A stretch of 64,000 nucleotides of DNA from Marsupella aquatica (lineage: Eukaryota > Plantae > Marchantiophyta), in assembly GCA_973895155.1 (NCBI GenBank), contig OZ316894.1, forward strand, positions 16,910,216 to 16,974,215, read 5' to 3'. The first letter of the stretch is position 1, and each line of letters opens with the position of its first letter. Shown one piece after another: positions 37,901 through 49,817 of the stretch. Under the pieces are notes generated by a model. It had not been told where the DNA came from. It saw only the letters and a program-made list of their open reading frames with translations, and searched no databases. Both the position numbers and the translations under genes were made by a program.

Positions 37901-40900
37901 CCTGTCTAGCTGTAGAATCATGAATTACTAAATCACTAACTTTACTTGGCCATCCATTTCTTGAAAGGAAGGCGATTTGAATATCTGTCAGAGCGGAAAC
38001 ATTTAACTAAATGAGCAAGTCATACTCGAAAGGAAACAAGAATTTTGGATTCTCTTGTAAGTGGACGAAATCCTCACCAAGAGTGCTCGTCCTTCTTCTT
38101 TGCTAGAATGATCAATTCGGCGACTGAAAATGGTCTCCACCTGCAATCCAGACCAATTGTAAAATTATCAAGAACCTCAAATTCTTCATCTGGATCCATG
38201 GATTTGAAATCCTCACTGGTCCAACCTGTTTTCATCAAGGAATACCAACATCTTGACAGGAAACATGCATCAAAAAGTACTTCACAAGAACACGGATTGG
38301 AGGAGGTCTGGCAGACGCACCAAACTAGGGTTTATTCATGTCCAATGGAAGCTAGTCAAACCACTCGACTAATCTCAGTGCATCTATTGTGCGACAGCAA
38401 CGGGAAAAGAAGAGATTTGCCAGAACCGTATGAACCCAGGCGTGGCACCTAACTCATGCAATAGCCGCAATAACTTACAGGTAACATACTGTAATAACTT
38501 ACAGGGACAGCAAGACATCAATGACCACAAGCAGAACCCAAATGGGCCCAACAAGTCAAATGAGCTCTCAGGCTCCCCAAGCAAATCGGATGTGATATTC
38601 TTTACCAAGTTCAGCATTAGTCGCACACACGTTGTCTGCACACTCAGGGGAAGTGAGGAGTCATGTACATTCCGTGAAAATAAGTAGACTATGCGCGACA
38701 GCTGCAACAACAGTAAGCATAGGTCAGAAAATTATCCGACAGCATAACTGCAGTGGATGTTGAAATACATTGACTTTTAGAACCCATCGCCGGATTTGCA
38801 TATTTGAAAGGAATCACCTGGGGAAGAGAGAGATCTAGGCGGACATGGTGGATCAATTCAGCCAGTAAACTATAAGCAAGAGGACGAAGTGTCTCATAGC
38901 ATGCTCGTCCTGTACCCACAAGAACCCTGCCAGGTGGCCGGAAACAAAAACCATTGCTGGTTAATAGAGAGAAAGACTTGGACATTTTCACCCAGAGAGG
39001 TTTTTGTTAAAGCAAAACAAGTCTAACCAGTCTAAATGCAGTCAGTCTCTTGATGTGCGCAATGAACAACAGCACCATCCAACAACCTCGAAGAACTGGA
39101 CATGTACAACCTTTCATCTAGTAACGTGTCTATCTGAGAGAAGAAGCCCCTCCGAAAATCTGTTGCCAGGACATGCCGCGTGGCTACCAAAAGTTCCTGC
39201 ACAAACATCCAGGTCCGCGGTCGACCAAACAATTATTGACAAAAACTATAAAACTGTCCTCAAAAGCCGACTATCTTCTACTCACAAACGAGACGACATT
39301 CACATGCAGAAGTCCAAAGGATGAAGCTCACTTTTATATACATTGCTAGAATTTTGCCCATCATACGTTTTCATCTCATGGAAATTGTTATTGAAAGATC
39401 TCATTCAAAAAAAATGGCACAGACCTCTCAAATAATGTTTTTAACAACAGCCAACGACTAAATGGACACCAAATAGTAGTAGTCTTACGAACTAGGTAAT
39501 GAGCAACTCGCTCGACATTCCGGAATGATAGACAATGATATCTTGAATATTTACTCCAATTCCTCTCTCACGAACGATTGAGAGATAAAGAAACCCACCT
39601 TCCGAATGGTGACCGAATCTGGGCAGCTGACAAGAAGGTTGACGATACTTTTTGATATACTTTCTTCATGAGGCCGAATGAAATCCGCAAAACTTTTCAA
39701 CAAGTAGGTGAGGAAAGATACTGTCTGCAAAAGTGAAATGGGATCGCAAATGAGCACAGCCACATCCATCAGCCAATGCGACAATTGTATTTGATTTGTA
39801 CTTTCACAGTCAACAAATGTTAAATGATACAGAAATTCGAGTCTCCATACTAAACGTTCTTCTTGATTCTCCAGCATCCTCCTTTAGAAATCGGTCCTCA
39901 GCAGTGTCCTAAGCATGCTTGGGGTTCGATTGGTGCGAGATTTAAACAATTGAAATCATTGGACCCTTCTACAGCAACTTGACTGCAGTATAGCAGGGAA
40001 GTACCCATCTGGGAAGCACTGATGCTGTCCTCAGATCCATCATTCTGGAGCCTTAATCAAGTTCGGAGCACAATTGAACGATTATCTAACTTGAGGGGCT
40101 TCCTGTCATTCCAATTAGGCTATCCTGTCGCTGGCACGTTGTTGTTTGGGAATCCCGTCTCTAGGATTTTGGCTTTAACTCCTGATTATCACGCTACAAT
40201 GACTTTTCATTGTTCTGTTTGCCGTGGCGCACAAACCAATGATCCATTCGAGTTACACATAATTTTCTCCGATAATAAAAATCAACTGAAGAGACTTCAA
40301 ACACCAGCTATTTCATGTACGGTATTCATGGAGTTGCATTTGCAAATTGTCATATTCCGTCCAATCTCTAAAGCAATAATGAAAGCTCACAGGCACACTA
40401 TAGGCACCAAAAGGTCAATGGATGGGTAGTTTACCTTGACCTGTGCCCCTTTCAACTCTGCAAAGGCATTCTTCAGGTTTGGTGGGACCTGTGATGGACC
40501 AGTAATTGATATGGCATTCACCATGAGAGGAAGTAGAAGAGGTATGTTCGTTTGAACATATCGGGGGTACAGTTGAAACAGAAACATGACTATCAAAGGG
40601 CACTCCGTGACTACTTTGAATGACCGAGTGCTGGGATTCAGTTGTCCAAGGAGAGGACCCCCGCCAGGTGACCTTTGCTGACCCATGTACCCCATATTGT
40701 GCTGTGACCCTGCCAATTGTGCATCTCCGACAGCGGAATCCTCAAAGAAATAGCTCACTGTATTTTTGAAATTTTGGTAAATCTGCAAAAGATATCAACC
40801 AGTCAGAATAGAAGATCCTGCTCTTAACTGCAGCACCCAGAAGGTCCAGGTAGGAACCAAACAAGCAATAATAACCTTAGAGACGGTATCCTCGTCATCC

Positions 40901-41924
40901 ACGCATCTTTACAAATCTAGAGTCCCCGTCTGTAGAAAGCGGGACAAGATTTCTCAAAAACTGTTTTCATAGTAACGAGAAGAAAATCGTGCCTTCCCGG
41001 ACATGGGGTAGAGGACCACTTGAAAGGACTAGATTGACAACTAGCACACATAAGCCAGAGGGAAGGGTCACCCCAAGTTGAAACTTTTCAACGGGAAACG
41101 AAGCATTGTATGGGGTTTTCACCTTACACACGAAGTCCAGAAAGGGTTGCACTTCCGGTTCCAGGGCGGGTCTAAAATTCTTGTGAAGGTCAAAGATGAT
41201 GCGCAGACAAGTGAGCCCGTTCTCTTCATTGTCAGACGACAGCACATGCATCGAAAGCTTGAGCAAGTCCTGAACAAAAGGCCTGATGACCTCACTGTGA
41301 GGCAATCTATTAAGTACTTCAATGACCACATTTCGAAGCTTGTGTTCATAGCTATCGGTGCCTTGGGGTTTGGTATAATTCGTCAGCAGCTGGGAGAAGA
41401 CTCGAAAATAGCTCTTCAGAAAATTCAGGTACTCCGACGTATGTACAATCTCGATGCTGTCTCGAACTTCTGTAGCAAGTAAGAGCCTGTTTTGCATAGC
41501 TGAGAATTTCGTAGTTAAGGAAGGAGCTCAATGAACCTTGGCGATTGCATTAAGAATGCAGAACCAGAAAAGTGCCGGCAAAAACCCTCAATCCCCTGAC
41601 TAGACCTTGTTCCAACTAATTTCAGAGAAACATGAGACCCCACAAGGAGAGAAATCAGGAATATTTTGGCAGCTTCGAATTCCTTTTCTCGCACTCCTTA
41701 TCATCGCGTAACTACCACAAACCTGCAAAAGAAAATTCACTAGACACGGTCTAAAACCCAAGGAAACCAGAAGCCAACTTGGCCTCTCGATGATACGAGC
41801 AAACAACAGCAGTAATTTCATAATCATAATGAAGACATAAAACAAGTTTCATTTGAAAAAGGATACACAAGTCCGGCTCCAGAAATTTCCGGGCATGTTG
41901 ATCAAATGTCGAAGTGTGAATCAT
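22997..41924 (-). CDS. TRRAP: Transformation/transcription domain-associated protein (Tra1/TRRAP; PIKK pseudokinase subunit of SAGA and NuA4)
   Basis: 23 GT-AG exons: 41867-41924, 41123-41499, 40435-40782, 39599-39724, 39111-39196, 38818-38926, 38606-38701, 38078-38140, 37696-37755, 37344-37418, 37068-37149, 36589-36704, 34879-36111, 28220-34696, 27485-27745, 26985-27275, 26282-26842, 25583-26014, 24947-25225, 24236-24638, 23875-24023, 23410-23610, 22997-23116. They sum to 12003 nt (4000 aa + stop). Starts [19 protein letters not shown]; HEAT and FAT regions; non-catalytic kinase [15 protein letters not shown]; FATC end MDPTWHPWF*. Confidence 0.96.
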
Positions 41925-42092
41925 TATTGATTATCCTGGAAGCGAAATGAGTGCCTGCCTCCACCGCTGAGAATCGAAGTCAGGTCAAAGAAAGAAGGAC
42001 GGAAATTTCTGCTCCCCGCTTGGCCAACGACTGACTTGCCCACCAGAGCCCCGTGGCCGGAATTAACAATGCCGGGCAAGGGCGAGAACTAC

Positions 42093-42200
42093 CGCCACAG
42101 ACACTCCTCAAAAACAGCTCCACCGAAGCACCATGTAAAACAATTCCGAAGCTGAGACGACCACGGACGTCGGTGGCGAGAAGCAGCCTGTTTAGCATAG
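42093..42200 (-). CDS. Exon-like/uORF duplicate of the TRRAP N-terminal helix (unspliced ORF 41980-42198, 72 aa)
   Basis: ttcttcccag/CT ATG CTA AAC AGG CTG CTT CTC GCC ACC GAC GTC CGT versus exon 2 ttctcag/CT ATG CAA AAC AGG CTC TTA CTT GCT ACA GAA GTT CGA; candidate donor GGC G/gtagtt. Confidence 0.55.
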
Positions 42201-45200
42201 CTGGGAAGAAATTTCTGAAGTCCTTAGTAGCGAGTTTCCCAGCCTTGCAACTACTCTACGATGCTACGCGATTATTTCAACACACGCCGAGAGCTCAAGC
42301 AGTCAAGAATCCTCTACGAGCTGAGCCAACTCGCGAACAAACACCATCGGGCCGGTTCCCAATTGCGTGCCACGAAAGAGTGCAGCACTCAAAATTTTCT
42401 CCTCCTCCTCCCCCTCCGTTACTTTCATCAGCCTGATGATTTCCTCGACAGAATCCTTGTGGTTCCAGACAGGCTTCTAAACTCCTACAGTCGACGGGGC
42501 CACTGGGGCAGAGTCTGGTCACCTCGTCTCGCCTCGCTTCGCTCTCTCCCCCGTCCGGTGTGCCTCCTCTCTCTCGAAAGCGTGCCGTGGTTTCTCCCTC
42601 TCTCTTTTAGCGAGCGACGAAAGCCTCCGTCCCTCATTCCCTTGGTCGACTCGACTCGACTCTCGTGCTCCTACATCTGTTCGTGAAGTGATGTCCCGCG
42701 TAATGATGTCGGACCATGCAAACATATCGACGACGTACTTCATACACAACATCGTTCAGGACCGTGATTTTGGTCGTGTTTTTCTTCACAACGCTTCGTT
42801 TTCCAGTGGGCACAATTGTTCGTAGATTCTGTCATGAATTAGGGTTACCAGCGCAGTAATATTAACTCCGGTAGCTGTGCTTATATTATTAGTGCTTCGT
42901 CTTTCCTTCGTCTTTCCTTTGTACACTCATGGTGATGGAGCTTAAACACTAGATCGTACTACACTAGTGCTTAGAGCATCTCCAGCAGTTTTGCTGCTTT
43001 TTTTATGGCCACCAAAATACCAATGCTTAGGGCATCTCCAGCAGTTTTGCGGCTTTGGGTCGCGGCTTTCGGTACAGACTGTGTCATGCAAACCCTCATC
43101 ATCAATGCACTCTAGCACGACAATTGACTTAGATCAGCTCCGACCCAGTGGGGTTTGCTTACTACAACTGAGTGTTGACCAAACCCAACACAGAAAATAC
43201 TAAAAGTCAGGTCCACCCCACTCACCTGAACCCTACTGGGATTTCAAGAATGGGTGTTTTTTTGCTAGGAGCTGTATAAAGAACAGATTACACACTACTT
43301 GACTCCATATGGGTTCGTTGTTGGTTTTCAAGATTTCAATCTGCACTTGTCAGGTGTAAGTACTTGTTGTTTATGGAAATTACCACCCGATCAAGGATTA
43401 GGACTGCTTTCTAGTTGGCCAGGATAGATATGTATAGTGAACTAAAACAGGGACGCTATCAGACTGGGTATTTGATGGAGCATATCCAAGCAGTGTTTGC
43501 TTATGGAGGAAGAACTCTGTCTTATTGTTACAAAGTCACTTGAAAGATAGCGAGAGCTTATGTTGCGAAGACTTGGTATGACCGACAAACCTAGAGTGCA
43601 ATAAAGCTTTTATATGTGTGTTCCTGTGGACGGAGCCTCATCAGAAGTGAAATACATCTCTCTCTTTGTGCCGACTACTTGTTTATTGGATGGTCAGGTG
43701 CATGCCGTTGCGAGTCAAGTTGGGAAACTTCAAACGGGTTTAGGGTTTAGGGTCCTCTGACCATCTTTGACAAGGGACTTTCCGCAAATGCTTCAAGGGA
43801 AGGTGAGTCTCCACAGTTAGTGGTGTTTTGAGTGAATTCACAGGGTGAGCCACAATTTGCTGGCATTGGCTGTTTTAATCAAAGCTAGACAAGGCCAAAC
43901 AGCCAAATGATGTTCCCAATATGTCAATTTCTAAGTCATGGGGTAAACTTGATTTCGCAAAGCAGAGTGAATATGCAGATGAATAGAATAACTCATCTAT
44001 GCTGTTAGCAATGAATCTGCCTCACCAACTATTTATGTACTTTGCGTGCTCCACCTAAGTGGTAGTCTTGTTTGGCCTCTCACCTAGCTCATTCACAGAA
44101 AACTCTAATATTGAGTAAACTGCATGGTACGTTAAATCTTTTGTAAATAGATGCCATGAGTTTTATTAAACTGTTCAAATAGTGAGTTTTTGACTTGATG
44201 CATTGTTTTTGTTCTTCTTTGTTGTATTGTAGCCCAATGCCCATGTGTCGCACTATTGTCATTGTGACCATGTTGTTTTTTGTGTGACAATACCCGTGCA
44301 ATGCACCAAAATGTAGAGGTAATAATTTTCAGGTGACAATTGTCACAGCGGTCGTTGCGGCCATGTGCATGTTGTTGTTGGTGCAAACAATACTGTCCTG
44401 TGCATGATATAAAATTGCTGAGGTGAGACAAAGAATTGCACGTGACAATTTTTGTGACCATGTGCTCATTAGTGCAACAATCCCACCAATGATTCAGATT
44501 AAAAAAATTGAGGAGAGGCAAAGAATTGCAAATGAGGCGATGAATTGTTGTTGTTCTGGCTATATCATCTATGCAATCATGTTTGTGATGCCAAAGTGTT
44601 ATGATTTTGGTTAGATGGTTGTTGTTGTGAAAATGTTATTAATCATTTTGGTTGTGTTGTCAGTTGTTGTTGTGAATGTATTCTGTTGGGGAGGGTGAGG
44701 ACAAGAATGTGGGGAATGGGTGACAATGACCACACAGGAAGAGTCCAAGCAGGGTCGCCAAATAGGAGAGAGATTGTTTTCATTAATTAATTTATTTCTC
44801 TGCTGTTTTGTTTTTTGAATATTTTAATTTTAGTCACATTTTCCTCTTTGTCTCATGGTGAGCAGGAGTTGGGAAGCTTGGGCAAGCAGGCGATGGAGGA
44901 CAGGTGTATGCATGAATTTGATGGTGAAGAAAAAAACATGTTTTGGTGAACGGTTTGGATTTGCTTCTAGCTGCCTTTTCTCTTTTTGTACGCAAACCAT
45001 CCCCCATTTTTTACGGTATTGTTTATTATAGTGTTTGATGCAAAGTAAACCTTGACAACAAAGCAAAGTTTATTACAAAAGATCTGTTAATCCATGGATA
45101 AGTAGTTTTTTGAACTGATAATTGAGCCCAAGCCCTCTACTAGTTCAATTAGTTGGGTTGGCTGGTTTTACTTACTTAGTGCTACTGCTCGTTGTTTGAT

Positions 45201-48137
45201 CCCCAAACCACACCTACCTGCTCTCTCACCTTGCAATGGTTGCCTACCTCATTTCAATTCACATAAGTAATTGTTCAAATCATTCATTTTCTGACAAATA
45301 ATCACTTCAACCTCAGTTAGCTTGGATTGTGAGTACTAATCCCACAAGAGGCTGTTTATCTAAAAGCATAGAAACCACCTGTTTATCCAAAGGCATAGAA
45401 CCACGGACCATGTGCACAGCCAAATTTTGACTTTCATCCATCCCTATACCATCATAGACTAATGAAATGGAAAACTTGGAATACCCCTTAGCTTGCCACT
45501 GTCCATTTTCAAAAAGCTGGTGTATCCAGGTCACCAAAATTATTCAACAATGTTTCTTTACAAAATAGAAAATATGAGCTCTTTTGTTGTCGCACAAGTG
45601 CTGGGACAGTGACCATTTAACACAAGTTTCCCTTAGTCCTTTAATATACTAGTCTTAATACAACACGGAATTCATTTATCACCAGATCCTTTTTGTTCTC
45701 TCATCTAGTGGGGCTAGCAAATTCCAAGTCTCTAATGGCAGATTCCACATGTCGTATGCTACTAGCGCGTCTATGGTATCTACTGAGGTATCTACACCTG
45801 CGTACTCGGGCATTCTGCAGAAATATCAACTTTTCCTCACACAGATTCTTGCAATTTTTTAACCACACCTACACCTGCCTGTATAAAAGGGCTCCATTCC
45901 CTGCCCAGCAGTAGCGCATTCCTCTCCTGTGGTGAGTAGTGTAATGACGGAAAAATTGGAGCCCAAGCCCCTGTCCTGCACAAGTCCATTCCTAGTGAAA
46001 CTGAAAATGTGCATTGTATGTTGAGAGTTACGGGCTAGTAACCTGAAGCTCTTCTGGAGGTAGTTGTGGTTTAAGATAAACTTAGATAGAATAAAATCTG
46101 AGAATCTATATCCTCACTCCCAAATTCAGGGACGCTTCCATCCAACTATAAAGTTGCAGCAATGGAAAGTTGCGTTTTAGGATCTATGCTTGAGAGTGGA
46201 GTCTCTAGACCGCTTTCATGTAACTATACAGATACGATGGAAAGCTACTATTTAGGACCTATGGTAGAGAGTGAAATCTCGAGACAGGGACCCTGCGTAT
46301 GTCTGAAGTTGGGGGTATGAGTGGAAATAGTGGATTGGGGCAAGTCTCTCTCATATGGCACAGCGGGCCAAATTTGTCCTCACCTCTATTTACAATCTAG
46401 TCTATGTAAAAGAGACAACAGAGAACTGACAGGATGTGGAGCGGTAGTCTGTTAGCTCAGAGTGGAAAGCAACAAGGAGAAGGCATGCTTGCAAAGCCAC
46501 AATGGCATTCCCCCTTGTTTGCCAGGCCATAACATTTCTTCTCTCTTGCTGGACATTGAGTTTATAACAATGGCCCTTGCTGCACAGTTGTGCTCGATCT
46601 GAATGGAGCAAACAAAGGAAAAACAAACTTTACGCACGTCAATGGATTGAGAAGTAATTGTGTACAGATTTTATTATTTTTCTGCCTTCTCGTTGAAGAG
46701 ACACGACAGAAAAACTTAGAAATGTTCTCCGATCCACAACGCAGGGGAGAGAGAGCTGAAACTTAAGACCTGAACTCCGCGCGGAGATCCGAGACATTTG
46801 AAAAGCAAAAGACATGAGCTCCTTAACAGAAAAACAGCGAACACTTCAAACAACGACATGTGGTGAGTTCAATGACTTACACAAGCGGCATTTTACATGA
46901 CTAAAACTATCCGGAGACCACTCAAGGTAATGACATGTGGTGACTACACATCCTAACACCTGGGGCATTTAATATGAGTAAACAAGTAACCGGAGAACTC
47001 TAAACGAAAGATAGCAGTCCATCACAAAGAGAAGACAGAGTATCCTGTCACAACAATCCATGAACCACAGAAGAATGTTCTCCACTAGGGTCCCTTGACA
47101 GGCATCCTCTTCAAGTTCTCTCAACAACGCTCACATGTCTCCGACGAGATGCATGTTTGAGAATTGTTTCTCAACCTAGCAGGGCATTTCAGAAGCTGTG
47201 GCACGGTGGAGCTTTTCAAATTCCGGTGAGCAGCCAAACCAACGCTACGCCCTTCCTTTGGCAGGTATTTTTGTAGCTGCACTTTCTGAAACCTTTCCAG
47301 CGGGACCATCCAAAGAAGTTTTTCGCGGTCCATTTGTTGTACCAGTGCTTTCCACATCTTTTTCCAACGTTGGTTAAAACTGCTCAACAAAGAAAACAAA
47401 ATTTAAATCTTAAAAATGTCGATCACAGTGCAACAGCTCGATCTGTTACCAACAAAGAGAGATAGATATACTTAGAAAAGGAAAGAAAGCTTGAGCAGAA
47501 GACCTGGTCGATAACGTTGCGACGAATCTGCGCTGTCATTTCGGTAGAAAGGTTGTAAACCTTCCAACTCGTAATAAAAAGTCGATCTCGGTACCGTAAC
47601 CTCATTATTCCACTGCTTGTTGTTAATAATTCGAGGCTTTCAAATGCTCTTTCCAGAGATTGTCTGGTTGAGTGAGGACAACTGTCTCCTGAGACGGAGT
47701 TGTTACCTTTGCTTCAACATCCTTTTGGTGAATTTCATGAAGTGCGGATATCAGATTAGACAGGAACAAGACCTACAAAAGAGTCACCCAAACTGGCATA
47801 TGTTGGACACTTCTCAGGCAGTAGCTCGCTCGGTCGACCAGTAGTCTCTGATGCTGGAGTATTCGGCTCGCGACCAGTATTCGGTTCGGGAGCAAAGACA
47901 GTTTTAAAGTCAGTACTCTGTTCTGCAACACAGCGCATCCCTGGTCAAAGTAGGATCTATATTGGCCTGTACTTGACAGTTTTGCAGATGCAATAGCTTG
48001 GCAAAAACATAAAGAATGATTGTTCACCATATGAAACCAATCAGAAATATTCACATTTCCTACACTACAACTATTTGTATCAATATATTCCCCTTAGTTT
48101 CCTTCTTCGCTTGTGACTAAAGAAGAAAAGTAATCAT

Positions 48138-48363
48138 CTTTAGTATGTCATCCATCGTCAGCTCAGAATACTCCAGCATCAGAGACTGGAGATTTATTTG
48201 CTTCTAACGCACGTCGGCGGTCACTATAAATACGGTCTCGCTAGCTGTTCAGAACTTCATCATACTCAAAGAGCTGCTTTCAGATGTGAAAGAAGTAATT
48301 TTCGACTTTCTTTGGGCTTCATCAAGAGCACGTACTAGCATCTTTGACTCGTAGGCCTTCACC
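48138..48363 (-). pseudogene. SECA1: Decayed single exon of chloroplast preprotein translocase SecA
   Basis: [66 protein letters not shown] matches the plant cpSecA motif [29 protein letters not shown]; two C>T stops and frameshifts; retains a gtgcag acceptor. Confidence 0.9.
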
Positions 48364-49664
48364 CTGCACGCACTCATTAAACCTTGCAACACATATGCTC
48401 TGTCCTTAGAAACAAAAATGACAAGCACGTTCTTGGGGCATTAAGGCATATTATCAAATAGAGGCATCGGTGTCAATGCAGACAACACTCCTAGGCACTT
48501 TTACAACTGCAAAGATACACCGCAGAATTGTTTTGAAGGAGACTTGTATCCGATCACCATATCCGGAATACGTTCTCATTCAGAGGAGAACTTCCGGGAT
48601 GACCCTGTCTCCCACGAAGATAGACAACCAAAATTTGCTGAAATACATGCCTGAAGCATTTGGTGCTGATAACACTCAATCTATGCATCAGTCATCATTG
48701 GTTTAACAAACATAAGTGTCACTTGATGGTGTGGAACTACATGACCCGAGAAACAGAAGTGCCTTATCAAAAGAACTAATCAACAAGATATACGCGATAC
48801 TGTAATTTGTGGACTGTTTTGGAGGTTTGAGTTGGTACTTGGTTGTCAATGAGGCACGGCTCAACGTCTTTCAGTACCAACAACATGAAGCCCACCAGAC
48901 GCAACAAGGTGGATACAGGTGGTTGAACACGTCGAAGATACAAATCAGAACTGGACAAGTCTTCTTTCTTGATCTTGAAATGCGACCACCATGTTGAGCA
49001 TCTTAGTATTTTCCTTTCTTCTTCCCTACATGACTTCGAATAGCTCCAAGTGCCTCTCGAAGCTGGAGTATCATAGGATCTTCTGTGGGAGGAAACTGCT
49101 AAGGACGAAAGGTCTATCCCTTTCTCATATACAGTAGGAATGTACGACCATGAATTGCAAACAGAGTGTCGTTTCTTCAAAACTTTGTTACATACGTTGT
49201 ATTTGACAGACTCATGGATAACCCTCTGTTTTTTTATGGTAATCAATGCTGATCTTGCCGCCCACAGAACTGTATTAAGTTCTCATATCTTGTTGGATTG
49301 CCTTGTGTTTTAGGTAAGCATGGGAGACTCAAGCTGGTTTCACGTCTTCAAACTCGGACAAGGCCCTTAATGCTGCAGAATTGAAGTTCAATAATACTGT
49401 TGCATTTGGAAAAACTGTAGTTGTTGCTAGTATTGGTTGATTGTAGCCAATTACAGCCTAACTGCTTTTGCGGAATGAGTTGTTTTATCTCTGATTCTTC
49501 TGCACCCTGCACCTACCGCATTATCACGAGGCCAGTCGTGATTTTGCCTCAAGCGACGCTGTGGTGTATGTGAAATGCAGCTTTAAGTCTCAATTGTTGA
49601 GATATGGCTTGCTTCTCGTAGTCTCCAATGCTGAATAGCTTCCCGTGCAATCTGCTTGCGGAAC

Positions 49665-49817
49665 ATCTTCAAATGGGTTTGCCTCTGTGGGCCATGGCTC
49701 ATCCAAAGTGGCTCGGTGCTACAGTCTCGTGGACGCGAACTTATCTTTAAATGGGTTTCTCTACGTGGGCCATGGCTCATCCAAAGTGGCTCGGGGTTAC
49801 ATTCTCGTGGACGCGAA
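49665..49817. repeat. 78-bp tandem duplication
   Basis: atctt.aaatgggttt...gtgggccatggctcatccaaagtggctcgg...ctcgtggacgcgaa occurs twice. Confidence 0.9.

Noticed and set aside
41283-41308. ctgatga-cctca..tgagg hammerhead-like motif
   Set aside because: No GAAA core; it is the antisense of a TRRAP coding exon.
43736-43752. gggtttagggtttaggg telomere-like tract
   Set aside because: Only two TTTAGGG units; too short to call an interstitial telomere.
48851-48864. 12-nt match to the miR171 5' end (ttgagccgtgcc, minus strand)
   Set aside because: No further match and no hairpin; expected by chance.
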